This document shows positions 13,681-27,029 of a DNA stretch of 64,000 bases, in pieces (the first letter of the stretch is position 1; the number at the start of each line of letters is the position of its first letter). The notes below the pieces were generated by a model, which ran no database searches, had not been told where the DNA came from, and saw nothing but the letters and a program-made list of their open reading frames with translations. Location of the stretch: positions 55,800,001-55,864,000 of the forward strand of contig OX597814.1 of assembly GCA_951406725.2 (NCBI GenBank), given 5' to 3'. The position numbers were made by a program, and so were the translations under genes. The DNA is from Octopus vulgaris (taxonomy: Eukaryota).

Positions 13681-14022
13681 GAAGGCGCATGGCTCAGTGG
13701 TTAGAGCGTCGAGCTTACGATCGTGAGGTTGTGAGCTCGAATCCCGGTCCGGGCTGCGTGTTGTGTTCTTGAGCAAAGCACTTTATTTTCACGTTGCTCC
13801 AGTTCACTCAGCTGTAGAAATGAGTTGCGACGTCACTGGTGCCAAGCTGTATCGACCTTTGTCTTTCCCTTGGATAACACTGGTGGCGTGGAGAGGGGAG
13901 GCTGGTGTGCATGGGCGACTTCTGGTCTTCCATAAACAACCTTGCCCGGACTTGTGTCTAGGAGGGTAACTTTCTAGGTGCAATCCCATGGTCATTCATG
14001 ACCGAAGGGGGTCTTTACCCTT
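13681..14022 (+). mobile_element. Young tRNA-derived SINE (family C)
   Basis: A box tggctcagtgg, B box gctcgaatcc, body gtgttcttgagcaaagcactt. CpGs retained. Flanked by TA-rich sequence. Confidence 0.8.
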
Positions 14023-14131
14023 TATATTTCCGTAACCATATAGTGTAAATATTAACAATATTAATAATAAGGATTACTACAAAGTTGCATAGCATTACCT
14101 TTACTACTTAAATTTATATACCGTCTTACAT

Positions 14132-14217
14132 AGACCAACACATGTTTCAGTTGCAACAATTAGAAACTATTGCAATTGCAACCCTACTATAAAACTGGTG
14201 CAGTTTCTTCGGGGTCT
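14132..14217 (-). ncRNA. Degenerate type I hammerhead motif in a Penelope-like terminus
   Basis: Minus strand: agacc CCGAAGA aactgca...ttgcaact GAAAC atgt GTT ggtct. Stem I is agacc/ggtct. The core has a U4>C change. Confidence 0.5.
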
Positions 14218-14329
14218 TTACTGGATATCTTTTGATTTAGCCATTTAAAGATATGTATGTATATACAGTATATAAATATATATAGATATGTATATACAGT
14301 ATGTATATATATTATATATCATGATTTAT

Positions 14330-14444
14330 CACGAGCCACTAAACCTTTTTATTTTCTCTATCTGCTTATTTCTATGTTCCTCTCTGTTGAAGAGCGTCAG
14401 CTCGAAACGTAAAAGACTTTTGTTTTGTTTGTTTTGTAAATTCC

Positions 14445-14506
<62 letters not shown>

Positions 14507-14696
14507 GAGTGTATTTTACCTTGTTAACAATTAACATGGATAAATGAATGAATAGTTACCAGGGCAGCAAAAATCTCACAAGTAAAGATTGCATTGTTTA
14601 TACCTTTTATTCTTTTGAATAAGTATCAGTGGAATTTTTGAAACATATGTAGAAAGTAAAAATACTTGTTTAAACCTGCGTTAACTCCATTTTTTA

Positions 14697-14764
<68 letters not shown>

Positions 14765-14866
14765 TATAGTTGGAATTTACAAAACAAACAAAACAAAAGA
14801 TGAAGACGGGTGTGTAAACAACAAACAGATGCATTAGTTTAACACTCGGAAAGTAAGAAAGTCTTT
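14330..14866. mobile_element. Penelope-like terminal fragments in opposite orientations separated by (TA)n, with a minimal hammerhead-like variant at 14384-14411
   Basis: CTGTTGA-A-GAGC-gtca-GCTC-GAAACGTA. 14416-14450 is inverted at 14767-14800. Confidence 0.45.
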
Positions 14867-16230
14867 ATATAATATATATATGTATATACAGTCTGTATAT
14901 AAATATACATATATACATATACTCTTCTTTTTGACTCCTTCATTTGTTTCAGTCATTTTGACTGTGGCCATGCTGGAGTACTGTCTTTTAGTTTAAAAAA
15001 TCAACCCCTTGACTTTTTCTTTGTAAGCCTGCTACTTATTCTATCAGTCTCTTTTGCTGAACCACTAAGTTAGGGATCATGCACAGGTGCTATGTAGTTG
15101 AGAAGTTAGCTTCCCAGCCATGTGGTCTTGGGTTCAGTTCCACTGGGCTGCACTTAGGGCAAGAGTTTATTTTACAACAGCCCTGAGCCAACTAAAGTCT
15201 TGTCACTGGATTTAGTAAATGGGAATTGAAAGAAAGCAGTCGTGAGTGTGTGTGTGTATATATTATATACGTGTGAGTATGTGCGTGCGTGCATATGTAT
15301 ATTTGTTTGTGTGTATGACATCACGTGATGTTTGTAAAGCGAGCACCATCGTAATACAAATTATGCTATTCGTTTCCAGTTTTCTGTAAAAAGCACATTC
15401 CCTTACTTGGGAAACTGGTGAAGGTTGATGTGAGGAAGTTCATCCAGCCGTAGAAAATCTGCCTCAACGAATTCCGTCTGACCCATGCAAGCAAGGAAAT
15501 TGGACGTCAAAACAATGTTTTGCATGTGCACGCGACTGCACACACACACGCACATTAAATGCATTGTATTGTTTATATATGCATAATCATTATTTTAATA
15601 TGCGTGCATATCTGTATTTGATGCAACAATTTTCGTTTATGCTTTAGTTTTATTTATAGCAACAACATTTATAATTGCATATAAAAACAGTAAAATAGAA
15701 CTATACACGTTGACATATAAGAACATATTGTGAATTTACCGTTCATATCGACACATTGAAATATTTTGAATAGCCACGCGTGACAACTATTGTTACAATG
15801 TGTCACGTTGCGATCCTTACACGCATATGCACACATATACACAACTGCACACATATCTATATATATAAGCGTGTGTACATATATGTGTGTGTGTATATAA
15901 ACACGCGAATTGGCACAAGTATATTGACAGCAGGCGAGAAAGATCAAAGACAGTAAAAAAAGTCAATGAAAAAAAAAGTAAAACTTAGAAATTAAATAAA
16001 GAGTATTTAACAGTCAGGAATGAGATTTATAAAGAATATAAGGAAACTGAGATGTAAAAGAAAAACGAATAATTGGTAACGGGAGAGGAGAAAGACAATT
16101 GAAAAATAAAAGGTAAAAACAAAACAAAAAAAAAGAAATCGAAAGTAGGAAATATAATCAAAGAATGAGTAAAAGAGAAAAGAAAGGAAATATTCAACGA
16201 AATACTTTTCAACATTATTAATTAATTTAC

Positions 16231-16328
16231 CTGGTTTCGTCCTGATGTCCAGATTCTCCCCAAATTAAATCCCTGAAGCGATATCGAGGAGGAAGAGGTG
16301 GTACTTGAAAATCCGCCTGAGATACCAT
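16231..16328 (-). CDS. Slo2 (KCNT2-like): First coding exon of a Slo2/KCNT-family sodium-activated potassium channel
   Basis: ATG at 16328 gives [32 protein letters not shown]+AG, then a canonical donor AG|gtaaat (phase 2). [13 protein letters not shown] is the N-terminal signature of Slick/KCNT2 ([24 protein letters not shown]...). Confidence 0.92.
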
Positions 16329-17100
16329 TCTGGTTTCTAGTGTTTTCTAAACAACGGCCTTTTTTATGTTTTTCTACCTTGATTGGGTTTGATATTTTGA
16401 TATATATTTTTTGTAACTATTCTTAAAAGATGACAATAACTTATGAATATAGGAAGATCGCGGGGAGAAAAAATATATAAAAATAGAAATAAATTAAGTT
16501 AAAGAACCTTATTTGATTTTGGTTATTCTTTCCTTGACTTATTTGGAAATACAACCTTTCTTTATCAAGTGAAACCATAATTATAAACGCAGTACACACT
16601 TGTTTTGATCACCATCTTCATCACTGACATACCTCTCCTTCTGGGGTTAGGGGATTCTTTTCTTTTTTTTTTTAATCCTTAATAAAAATGATTTGCAAAT
16701 TATTTAATATACTCCTCTTCTACTGAAGAAGAAGAAAAAAAACATATATATAATATATGTTTCAATCAATGAAAGTAGTTTATAATGCAATTTTAGTTTG
16801 AAATATTTAAGTAAGAGTGGGGAAGAAGAAAGAAAAAAACAGAAATAATAACAGTAACTAAAAGGTGTTGATATCTATATTAATCGTAAAACCACTGGGT
16901 TGGTTGTTGCGCTGTTCGTGTGATATATCTAATGCGGTAATGTCAATTTGTGAAAAGCCGACTGCAGACGACTTTCTCGCCCGACAAATAGTAGCCTCGT
17001 CTTCACTGCCACGCGTGTAGCAGCTGTAGCATGACAGCAATATAGTTTTTGGCTTTACATAACTACCGTTGCTTATAATTGACATAAACTATGGAAGCCT
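16329..17100 (-). promoter_or_regulatory. Putative 5'UTR/promoter of Slo2
   Basis: Repeat-free region directly upstream of the ATG, with a local CpG cluster at about 16880-17070 and a possible upstream donor gag|gtatgt at 16633/16632. Confidence 0.4.
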
Positions 17101-17152
17101 TATATCACAAACACTCTAACATACAACTTGTATTCTGTTATTGTGGTTGTTG

Positions 17153-17212
<60 letters not shown>

Positions 17213-17229
17213 TATTATTATTACTTAGC

Positions 17230-18315
17230 TATAAAGTCATAAGGTCTGAGTAGACGTATGATCAAAGGCGTTCCAACCATGACAACCCTATTGTTTTGTA
17301 TATCAAGGACCACATCTTCCAAAGTTGACTTGTATCACAAACACTTTTACATACAACTCGTGTATTGTAGTTGCTGTCGCTGTAGTTACATTATTTAGCT
17401 GTGTGAGCAGACCTTATGATGGAAGGCGTTCCAGCTGACATTCCATGTTTCTTCGGGTTTTTCGTTTTTTTTTTTTTTTTTGCAAATCAAGGACACATCG
17501 TCCGAGGTATCCTTCATTTCGTTATCACAGTAAAGGTGTGTGTGTGTGTGCATGGCTTGAGGGAGATCTAGCTGCTATATCTAGCAGGTCAGCAACCGCG
17601 TAAAGGTTCCTAGTACTCCAGTCATGCCCATCCCGCCTTTTAATATATCAAGAACCACATCGTCCACAGTATTTTTCATTTCGTTACGCTGGCAAAGGTG
17701 CGTGGTTTGAGATAGATCTAACTGCTATATCTTGCAGGTCGCGCATCCGCCGAAACGCCCCTACTGTTCAAGCCATAACTATCCCCAATTTTTGTATATC
17801 AAGGACCACATCGTCTTAAGTATCCTTCATTTCGTTAAGATAGTAAAGGTGTGTGTGTCTTGAGAGAGGTCTAACCGCTATACCTAGCAGGTCGCACAAC
17901 CGCGTTCCAGCCATGACTATCCCCCTTTCTTGTTTATCAAGGACCACAATGTCTAATGTATCCTTCATTTTTGTTAAGATAGTAAAAGTGTGTGGTTTGA
18001 AACTGATCTTCTTTCTATTTCTAGCAAGTCGTGCAACCACGTAGAGACTCCCACCATTCCGGCCATGATGACCCCCCCACACACACACACATTTTTATAT
18101 CAAGGACCACATCGTTTAATGCATCTTTCGTTTTCCTAAGATGGTAAAGTGTGGTTTGATGGAGATTTAACTGCTATTTCTAGCAAGTCGCTCAACCGCA
18201 TTCCAGCCATAACTGTCCCATCAGAATTTCGTTTCTGTTACGATGATTAAGGTATGGTTTGACAGAGATTTACTTGCTATTTCTAGCATGATGTGCAACC
18301 AGGTAGAAGCTCCTA
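17230..18315 (+). repeat. Degenerate tandem array of 6-7 units of about 140-185 bp derived from a dispersed repeat
   Basis: Anchor atcaaggaccacat at about 17302, 17486, 17647, 17798, 17936 and 18099. Most units also carry gagatctaactgctatatctagcaggtc. Confidence 0.85.
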
Positions 18316-18670
18316 CCGATTCTGCTAATCAATCACCTTTCGTGCTGTCATGTCCATTCAATACACTAACAAATAAAAAAAAAAATTTCCAACGCTTCCC
18401 ATTTATTATATCTGGCAATGAAACAGATCAGAATTAAAACGAATGGTAATGCTGATGATGATATAAACTGTACAGAGGTGATTGCCATGGTAGAGGAGTG
18501 CTGCACTCGATTGAATGAACAGTTAGGGTTTATTCTAGTCACAATACAATACATAAATGATAACTATTCAGCTGCCGTTTAGTACGGACATAAACTTAAC
18601 ATTTGTTATTTTTATGAAGTACCAGCAAGCCAAATTACCTGTGCATTCAGCAACTTTTTCTAGCATGCTC

Positions 18671-18749
<79 letters not shown>

Positions 18750-19046
18750 GGAAATAAAGAGAGAGAGAGAGATTTCATTTCTATCTCTTCATTCCAGTGA
18801 GATATTAACTTTCATGTAGAACAGTTTTACACGCACGCACGCGCACACGCTGGAAATATTATTCAAGAAGCGCAGCTTCGTGTTAAGAAGTTAGGCTCCC
18901 AACCACATGGTTCTGGGTTCAGTACCACTACGGGACATCTTGAGGAAATGTCTTCTATTCTATGGCCTGGGGCCGACCAAAGCCTTGGGAGTGGATTTTG
19001 TAAAGAAGACGGAAACTGGAAGAAGTTCATCCTGTGTGTGTATGTA

Positions 19047-19089
<43 letters not shown>

Positions 19090-22000
19090 GTGTGTGTGTG
19101 TGTGTATATACACAAACATACAAAGTTAAGTGTGTGTGCGCGCCTTTGTGTTTGTTCACCACCACTTGACAACCGGTATTAGTTCGTTTACATCCATGTA
19201 GCTTAGTTCGCCGCCCCCCCCCCCCCAAAAAAAAAAGAAGTACCTGGCTTTAAAAAATAAATAATGGGGAAGATTCGTTCAACAAAAACTCTTCAGTAAA
19301 GTGCCCTAGAATGTCCGCAATCCAATTGCTGAAACAAGTAAAAGGTAAAAAGAAAAAAGAGATTATGTAAAGACATGTGCCTGTACTTTCTATTCATTAT
19401 TACTTTACTCCTGTAGGATGCTACTAGAAGTATATTATGGGAGAGTGGAGCAAGCGGCGATAAGGAATGGTTATTTATAAAGAACTTTTCTGTTGATCTG
19501 ACACACATTGAATTGAGTTACGTAGAAAATAAATGAATTTCTTTTTTATTTGAGAACAGAAAACAATTGTTTCATATGAACATATATACTACTGTTGATT
19601 GATGAGGCGGCAAGCTGGTAGAATCGTTATCACGCCAGATAAATTGCCATTTCTTTCGGATTTTTAGGTTTTGAATTCAAATGCTGCTGAGATCGACTTT
19701 GTCTTTCATCCTTTCAGGGTCGATAAAAAGAATACCAGTTGAGCACTAGGGTCGATGTAATCGACTTCCTCCAACTCCGCTCAACATTGATGGCCTTGTG
19801 CCAAAATGATAAAGAATTACTGTTCATGTTTAACTTCAGGTTAATTTTGAACAAACATGACAAAAGCCATTCCTGTCTGTTTGAGATTCTGTAGGAATTC
19901 ATTATTTAATGTGATTCTTCCTTTATTTAAGACAGTAGTGTGTGACGAGGGAGATTTGGCGCTGCTACTACTAGCAGGTCAAGCAACTATGTAGAGGTGA
20001 CCTCATATTTGGTAAAATAAGAAGTAAAGTCGGTCTTAACAGGGTACTTAACCAGTTACTATCACTGGCAAATCGCCAAAGACTTAGATATATACATTTC
20101 TGACACACTCCGATCAACTAAATCTTGTTAAGAGAGCGAACAAAATAACTGATCGATCTGCTAGAAGTGGCAGGCAAATCCATTTCAAACAACACCCTAC
20201 AATCTTAAAGTATGATGGCTACATTGGATAGTTTTAGGTATACTTTGCCTGATTCAACAGACGTTTTAGCCATGGATCATAGGTCTGCATGAATAGGGCT
20301 AACTTGAAGCTAGACCACAATAGCAACGCAAAACTTCCAAACCTTTCCTATTTGTAGCTGAAAATAAAATAAAATAAAATAAAACAGGATTTTTTTCCGC
20401 CATAATTCAGAATGAGGTGGCGACCATTTCAACTAATTGAACACTTTATCGAAATATTGTAAAACAGTTGTTTACAAAGTTGATTAAATCTCTCTCTCCC
20501 CCTCTACTGTGCTAACTAGACAGATAATGGTTCGGGGTCATCTAATCGCACAGAAGCGCAATCCGAAACATTTCATGCACGCACGCGCGCGCACGCACAC
20601 ACACACACACACACACGCACACCTAATAAACATTGTAGTAGCTCTGTCATGTAATGAAATTACTGAAATTTTCAAAAGCAGCCGTGTAGCCACAGTGAAT
20701 CTCTAACATGCATCTCTAAATGATTAAAATTGGATTTTAAATAAATTGTGAAATTAAGTGTTACTGTTTCTAATTTGGTAAACTGGTTATATTTTGTTTT
20801 TCTTCCAATTCACAAAACTGTTCCTTTTAATGATGCGAAACAGAATACTTTGATTAGGTTTATGGAGGCAATGAGGTTAGGAGAAAAAACCACCGACGTA
20901 ATATAATTTTTCTTTTTTATTCTCGTAATATTTTCTTTGAAACAGAATTTTATAAGAATGGAAAAGATGATGTCTTACAGCATTCATGACTTTCACTACC
21001 ATACAGTATCCAATCTGAGGATCAAACTTGAGTCGCTATTGTCACTGAGGTGTTATTCCTATGTGATAAGGCTAAAAATTAAGGTCTAACTGAGGACAAT
21101 TAATTTATTGATGGTTCTTATTTTAAGGCAAAATAATCTCGAACATGTTTTAGATGTAGGGAAAGAGTGAAAATTTATAAACACATCATTTATGTCTCTG
21201 AGATCTAGAAATGCCAGCAAAAAAAATCTCCCTCAAAATTACACTTAGCGTTTTTCAAAAATAACAAATTGAATAACGTAGTTATAAACAAAACAGGTAT
21301 GAATGCTCTTGATCATATGAATATTTAATCAGAGCTGACCCGGTGTTCGACAGCCACAAACAACAGGTAATCAATCGTTTTCCCCATTCTCATAAATATG
21401 AGAATTATGTCCATCTTTTATCTTTTTCTCTCATTAGACTGTGTCCTCGATGGGGCATCGCCTTACAAGAATTTTAGTCTAACGAAATGACTCCACTACT
21501 TATTTTTTTAAACCCTTCTATTTATTCTAACAATCTCTTGCTGAATCATTAACTCACGAGGACTTAAACAGCAAATAAAGGTTGTCGAGTAGTAGGGAGG
21601 AGGACAAACACATGTACGGAGACATATATATATGTATACGACGGGCTTCTTTCACTTTCTGCCTACCAAATCCATTCACAAAGTTTTGGTTGATCTGAGG
21701 TTAAATAGTGTTAGACAATGTAGTTGCCACACAGCCAATATATTAATTCTTCCACCGCCTATTTCCTAAGTGTTTTCTTTCTTTAAACAAATTTTAATCT
21801 TTATAGCTTCTCAAAAAGTTAAAGCGATCATACCATAAAACTAGCGCAGAGGTTGTAACATAACCCTTTGCCTATCCGAAACATTTTTCTACGTTTGTCC
21901 TAAACGTCTGTTTGTTTTCAGGCTTTCAGCTAGCCCCTATTTCATAGGTTCTGAGTAATAAAGCTTTCTTTTTATAAGTCCTAAGTTATTCTGGAATTTG

Positions 22001-22842
22001 AAAAAAAAAAATGAGAATACCTATCATATATGATGCCTGCATAGCAGAGAACTATATCCTATTACATGTGATACAGGGGACAGGCTACGAATAACTTCTT
22101 GATCTGATTATAATCACGGCGATTCATTTCCGTAGCTAATATTTTTTTTAAAAGGGTAAGAACGAACGTCATAACTTCTCATTTACACTCCTCTAAAAGA
22201 AAGTTCTTTTGTGCTTATGTAACAAAACCATTAATGAGCAGAGATACGTGCTCACATCCAACTGCACACACCTTCAAACTTCATAGCTAACAATAAATTC
22301 TCACATTTATATTTTTGTTACAACTGCTTTGAACAAGGTTAACTTATTTGTCATGCATTCAAGTAGTTACCAGATATTCTGCTGTACACTCCCCCAGATC
22401 ATTGAGAAGAGGAATTCTGGCATTTAAGAAAGCAAGTATCTTCTGAATTTGTGCCAACAAGATGGACACGTGTTTTTTTTCTTACAAGATCTCTCTCTCT
22501 ATATATATATATTATTAGAGTGTACTAAAACTGTAACATTCGAGAGAAAAAAAACATTATAAGTCAATTACATAATTAATGTATTGCATAATATACTGAT
22601 AGCATGCAAATTTATTTTTGAGTCACGAAGACTTAGAAGGGAGTGTCAAGAATTTTATTTTTTAAAGCCTCAAGAACAATCATGCGTGGCATTTTTTCTC
22701 TGAAATATATAACCAAGTGATATTTAGGATTCTACGTGTTGTGGTTACCTTCAGATACGAGCAAAAATAACCTTGGATTAAGTAACGAGTCACCAATAAT
22801 AAACAAGAACATGTGGTACAATATAAAATAATATAACTACAA

Positions 22843-23134
22843 ACATGTGTCCCTTCCCGACATAAATTGCGATATAATCGTTATCTACCTCACTTGAAAG
22901 GAATCTAATGAAAATATGTGAAAAAAATTATCATTTTTCTGCAAGATATTAGGAAATAAAAACGATCCATGTGAAATTTCTGTAACTCCTCTCCCGACCC
23001 CTCGAAAAATTTATTTCAGAAAATATTCTGATATAATCGTAATCTAATCCATATAAATCATATTTGTAGAAAGTATTTAAAAAAATAGCCATTTTTCTGA
23101 AAGTTATGAGGGAACAAAGTCGGGGGCACACGTG
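22843..23134. mobile_element. Possible MITE with imperfect terminal inverted repeats
   Basis: acatgtgtcccttcccgac ... gtcgggggcacacgtgt. Confidence 0.35.
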
Positions 23135-24154
23135 TGAAGGTATGCCAATAACAATGAGGCTACTTCTATGGAAAATTGATTTTCGACTTTCAAGAAATTC
23201 TGATTTGATAATCGTTCATACCAGACGCAGAGAGTTACCATTTAATTGTGATGATTGCTTTCCCAGAATAATACTTCTATCCCTTTAGTTATTAAGTGTT
23301 CCCTAACTGCTATTCACTTTAATCAAGTCACAGGCAACCTATCATCCGTGGGACTTTCTGAAAAGCAGGCCTAAAGAAAAATTACCTTCAATTTTTTAGT
23401 AGTGCGGCCCGCCTGACTATGAGTCCTTTCTCTCATGCGGCCCGCTTCTTGAAAAATGATATGTAGCTGTTCTCTGGGTAACAATGACCGTAACAAGATC
23501 TTACCAAAATTTGAATTTTCAATTGAAATAAAGAAAAAGATATATAAGACAACAATGCCACTTGAATTTTGTAACTTTTGCAAGTGCAGAAAAGTTTACT
23601 TGAAACTTTTTTTTGTATGTATGTGTGTGTCTATGACATTTTATCATATTCAGTCCTTCAGCTACTTTTCTCTTGACGATAAATAAGCTTTCTTAGCTTG
23701 TATATAAGATTCGGTTAAAAAATATAGGGAAAACACAAGAAAATGCTGAAGGTTAAAATATAGCGTAAACTTTATATTCAGATCAATAAACTTTTTACAA
23801 AAGGTATAATAAATTGTGGTGGTCTATAAAAGAGAAATGGCTAAATTTAATTATCTAACTTGGCTTTTTAGCTTCTCGTACTTTTCAAGCTGAGACGTTC
23901 AATATTAGATTTCGGTTTTATAAGCAGCTAAAGCAATCTTTTCTTTGATTTTGAAAATTAATTATTTGTGACAAGTATTACCAACGGCTAGCCTTTTGTA
24001 TGGATTTAGAGTTCTTTGTAGATTCTTACGGAAGCCAACGAGCGAACTAATACGTGGGAGTTCGACCTGCAAGATACAGCAGGCAAATTTCCTTCAAATT
24101 ATTGGGATGGGGCAAAATGGGTGAGAGGGGTAAAATGAGTATTCTTTTTAGTTA

Positions 24155-24654
24155 TTGTAAATCCTCGAGTATAATATGCATTTTCCCAAAAAATTTAATG
24201 GTTAAAATCCCTAGTGCGTACTATATACGAGGTTAAAAATGAAAATGATTTTCTAAACAGTGTCCGAGTCTCTATTTGTTTTCCAGCAGTTTATTCAGAC
24301 GCATTTTGTGATGTCGGGCGAGAAAATACCTTAAGCTAAACCTGAAAGCAATGAAGTCATAAAAGAATCATCCATAACTTGCAGTAAGCAACATTTATTA
24401 AACGTTATTACTGTTATTTCTTTATTTTCTGCAAACGAAATATACAAAAAAGCTACACGTTTGCATTATGTTAATAATAATAATAAAGGACGTTACCGTA
24501 TACATTTTTACAAACCAAGGACGTTATATAGATCTCCTTGACTCAAGTTAGAGAAGGGGTGCGTATTATACACAAGGTTTAGGTTTTTCAGAGAGTCCCC
24601 TAAAAATCCCCTGCGTATTATTCTCAAGGGCGGACTATACTCGAGGATTTACGG
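24155..24654. mobile_element. Pogo/Tigger-like MITE
   Basis: TIRs ttgtaaatcctcgagtataa / tatactcgaggatttacgg, TA on both sides, subterminal gcgta(c/t)tata repeats. Confidence 0.8.
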
Positions 24655-25505
24655 TATTTATTTTTGTTTCGTTGAAATTATTACATTGCAAATATCACAT
24701 CGTCATTTTGTACTGTTACATCATCTTTGGTAATAAAAATTAGCATAGTTGTTGTTGAAGTTGAGAGTTTGAAAAGGTGATGAGTTTCTTTCCAGAAATT
24801 TCTCCTCAAATTTGAACCAGTTGTAATTGAAGTTACTAATAAAATATCTGAATAATTTTTGTTGTTTAACAATCAAAATTCTTTTTCTGTGGGATTCCAA
24901 GTCAATTTTTTCCCCACACTAATGTCTAATTTGATACCTTTCAATGTTCAAAAACATGCTGTCTAAAGTGGGGCAGAATTAGTAATGAGCAATTTCAATA
25001 ATTTATAAGAAATATATCGCGTGAAAATATGGCGTAAGTAGAATTTATAGAATGAATAGATAAAAATATATATTTAAGCTATTAAACTGTATGGTGTGTA
25101 AATATATCAGGAAGAAAGCCATCCAGAGCAGATTGTAAAGAAGCTACAGAGAATATGTTATCTTGAGCTTTTAGAATTTGTTGAGTTTCGTTTAATGTCA
25201 TATCAAGTGCCATTTTTCCCTAATCTTCTTTCATTTGACCTAGATATTTAAAATTTTTGTTGCATTTTTGATCTTTCTGTCTAAGCATGGATATTGATAT
25301 GTATGACTTTTTTTTTTCAAATATAATTCTGGAGAAATGAAGAGGCAAATTTATCTTATTTTGTCTTACTCATTTTGCCCACTTAAATTTGTTTTTTATA
25401 TGCCCAAAGAGAACAGAGATAATTTTCTGAAATAGTGTTCTGAATATGTTATAGTGTTTTTAATGCATTTAGAGAACATTTGCTTAGCCAATAAAGTTTT
25501 TGTAA

Positions 25506-26242
25506 GGTAGTAAACGGATCTTTTCCTTTTGAACGGCACTTGGTAACATAATTTCTAGGTAACTAAAAAGTTTTAAACTTCGTATACTGGTAGAATGTAT
25601 TTATAAAACATCATTTTCTCTTGGCTTTATTGAGAAAATTCTATAGGTTGTAACATATTTCGTCTAAAATTTCTTGCATTTCGGAAATTTTAACCAATCA
25701 ATTACCTCCATTGATGTAAATAACATTCTGTGCATAATGAATATGTCCCTCGTTTAAGAAACAGATTGGGTTTATTTACATTTATGAAGAAAAAAAGATA
25801 CCCTTCCCCAACCCCTAACCCTAACCCTAAATCTAAAATAGATTGAAATGCAATAGATCGATACTAGGGCCATAATTATGGTTGACATTTTCATTTGACA
25901 CCGCTAGAAAAAAATCCCATTTACCGTAGCGGTGTCGTATGAAATTGTCACCCATAATTATAACCCTAGTATCGATCTATTGCATTTCAATCAATTTTAG
26001 ATTTAGGGTTAGAGTTAGGGTTAGTTAGGGGTGGGGGAAGGGTATCTTTTTTCTTCACAAATGTAAATAAACCCAATCTGTTTCTTAATGGAGGGACATA
26101 TTCATTATGCACAGAATGTTATTTATGTCAATGGAGGTAATTGGTTAAAATTGCCGAAATGCAAAAAATTTTAGACGTATATGTTACAACCTATAGAATT
26201 TTCTCAATAAAGCCAAGAGAAAATGATGTTTTATAAACACAT
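25506..26242. mobile_element. Two tail-to-tail copies of a non-autonomous DNA element with internal (CCCTAA)n (Helentron/HINE-like), forming a fold-back of about 650 bp
   Basis: Arms 25595-25906 and 25927-26242 with a 20-bp spacer. ccctaaccctaa / ttagggttag tracts lie inside the arms. Confidence 0.7.
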
Positions 26243-26334
26243 CCTTAATGAGCACCTCTAGGTGTTTTATAAAGCTAGATCTTCTGTTCTATGTCACTTG
26301 ACAGTAGACTCTCATCCCAGAGAAGTCTAGTAAA

Positions 26335-26960
26335 AGTGCCATCAGCAAAGCTCTTGACTGTCTAGCATGTGAATCACTTGTCAAAAATGCATGCCATTAG
26401 GCTGCATTCATCTTTCATCACTTGGATACATAGCTTCCTGTCAGATTACACTATTATTGCCTGTGTTGGTGGAGTGCTGTCTTTACTCTCTGGGGTTTCC
26501 CCAATATCGGTTCTATACCTTCACTCTTTCTCCTATATAACCTGCTATCACTTTCAACACTGCCCACTCTTATTCTGATGATATCACTCTTCATTTTTCC
26601 TTAACTTTTGTGTTTAACCATCATCCACATGCACTAAATATTCACTGATTCTATGAAAAGAGACCTCAAATATATCCCTCATTGGGGTTATATCTCCTTT
26701 GACAGCAAACTAACACAGACATTGTATGCATCGGGAAAAACATCATCACAACACAAACCCACTTTAATGCGAACAGCATACAACTGGAGCCTTTACAATC
26801 TCTCCAAATGCTAGGCCTCATAAACACTGGGAAATTGTTAAAGGGGAAAATCACCTTTAACATATTGAAGACTGAAGACTACATCTCATAGACTGGCCCA
26901 TCTCTTCAGAGCAAGAAAATAATTCAGCCCCAAACAACTACTGATTCTTTTCAAGTCTCA
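26335..26960 (+). mobile_element. Old CR1/Jockey-like LINE RT fragment
   Basis: ISKALD..., LSKMHAIRLHSSFITWIHSFLSD, SGVSPISVL (degenerate GVPQGSVL), LYSDDITL. Confidence 0.7.
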
Positions 26961-26992
26961 TCTTTTGATAATGATATTTTCTAAAACATGTG

Positions 26993-27023
<31 letters not shown>

Positions 27024-27029
27024 TATATA

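Noticed and set aside
13681-13760. tRNA gene (also 32392-32465)
   Set aside because: A and B boxes are present, but the sequence continues into a SINE body and tail, with no clean acceptor stem or Pol III terminator.
17230-18315. CRISPR-like array
   Set aside because: Whole units are homologous, with no unique spacers and no cas genes, in a eukaryotic context.
25805-26035. Telomere or chromosome-fusion site
   Set aside because: Only 2-4 hexamers per side, embedded in the mirrored arms of a repeat element. The orientation (CCCTAA then TTAGGG) is opposite to an end-to-end fusion.
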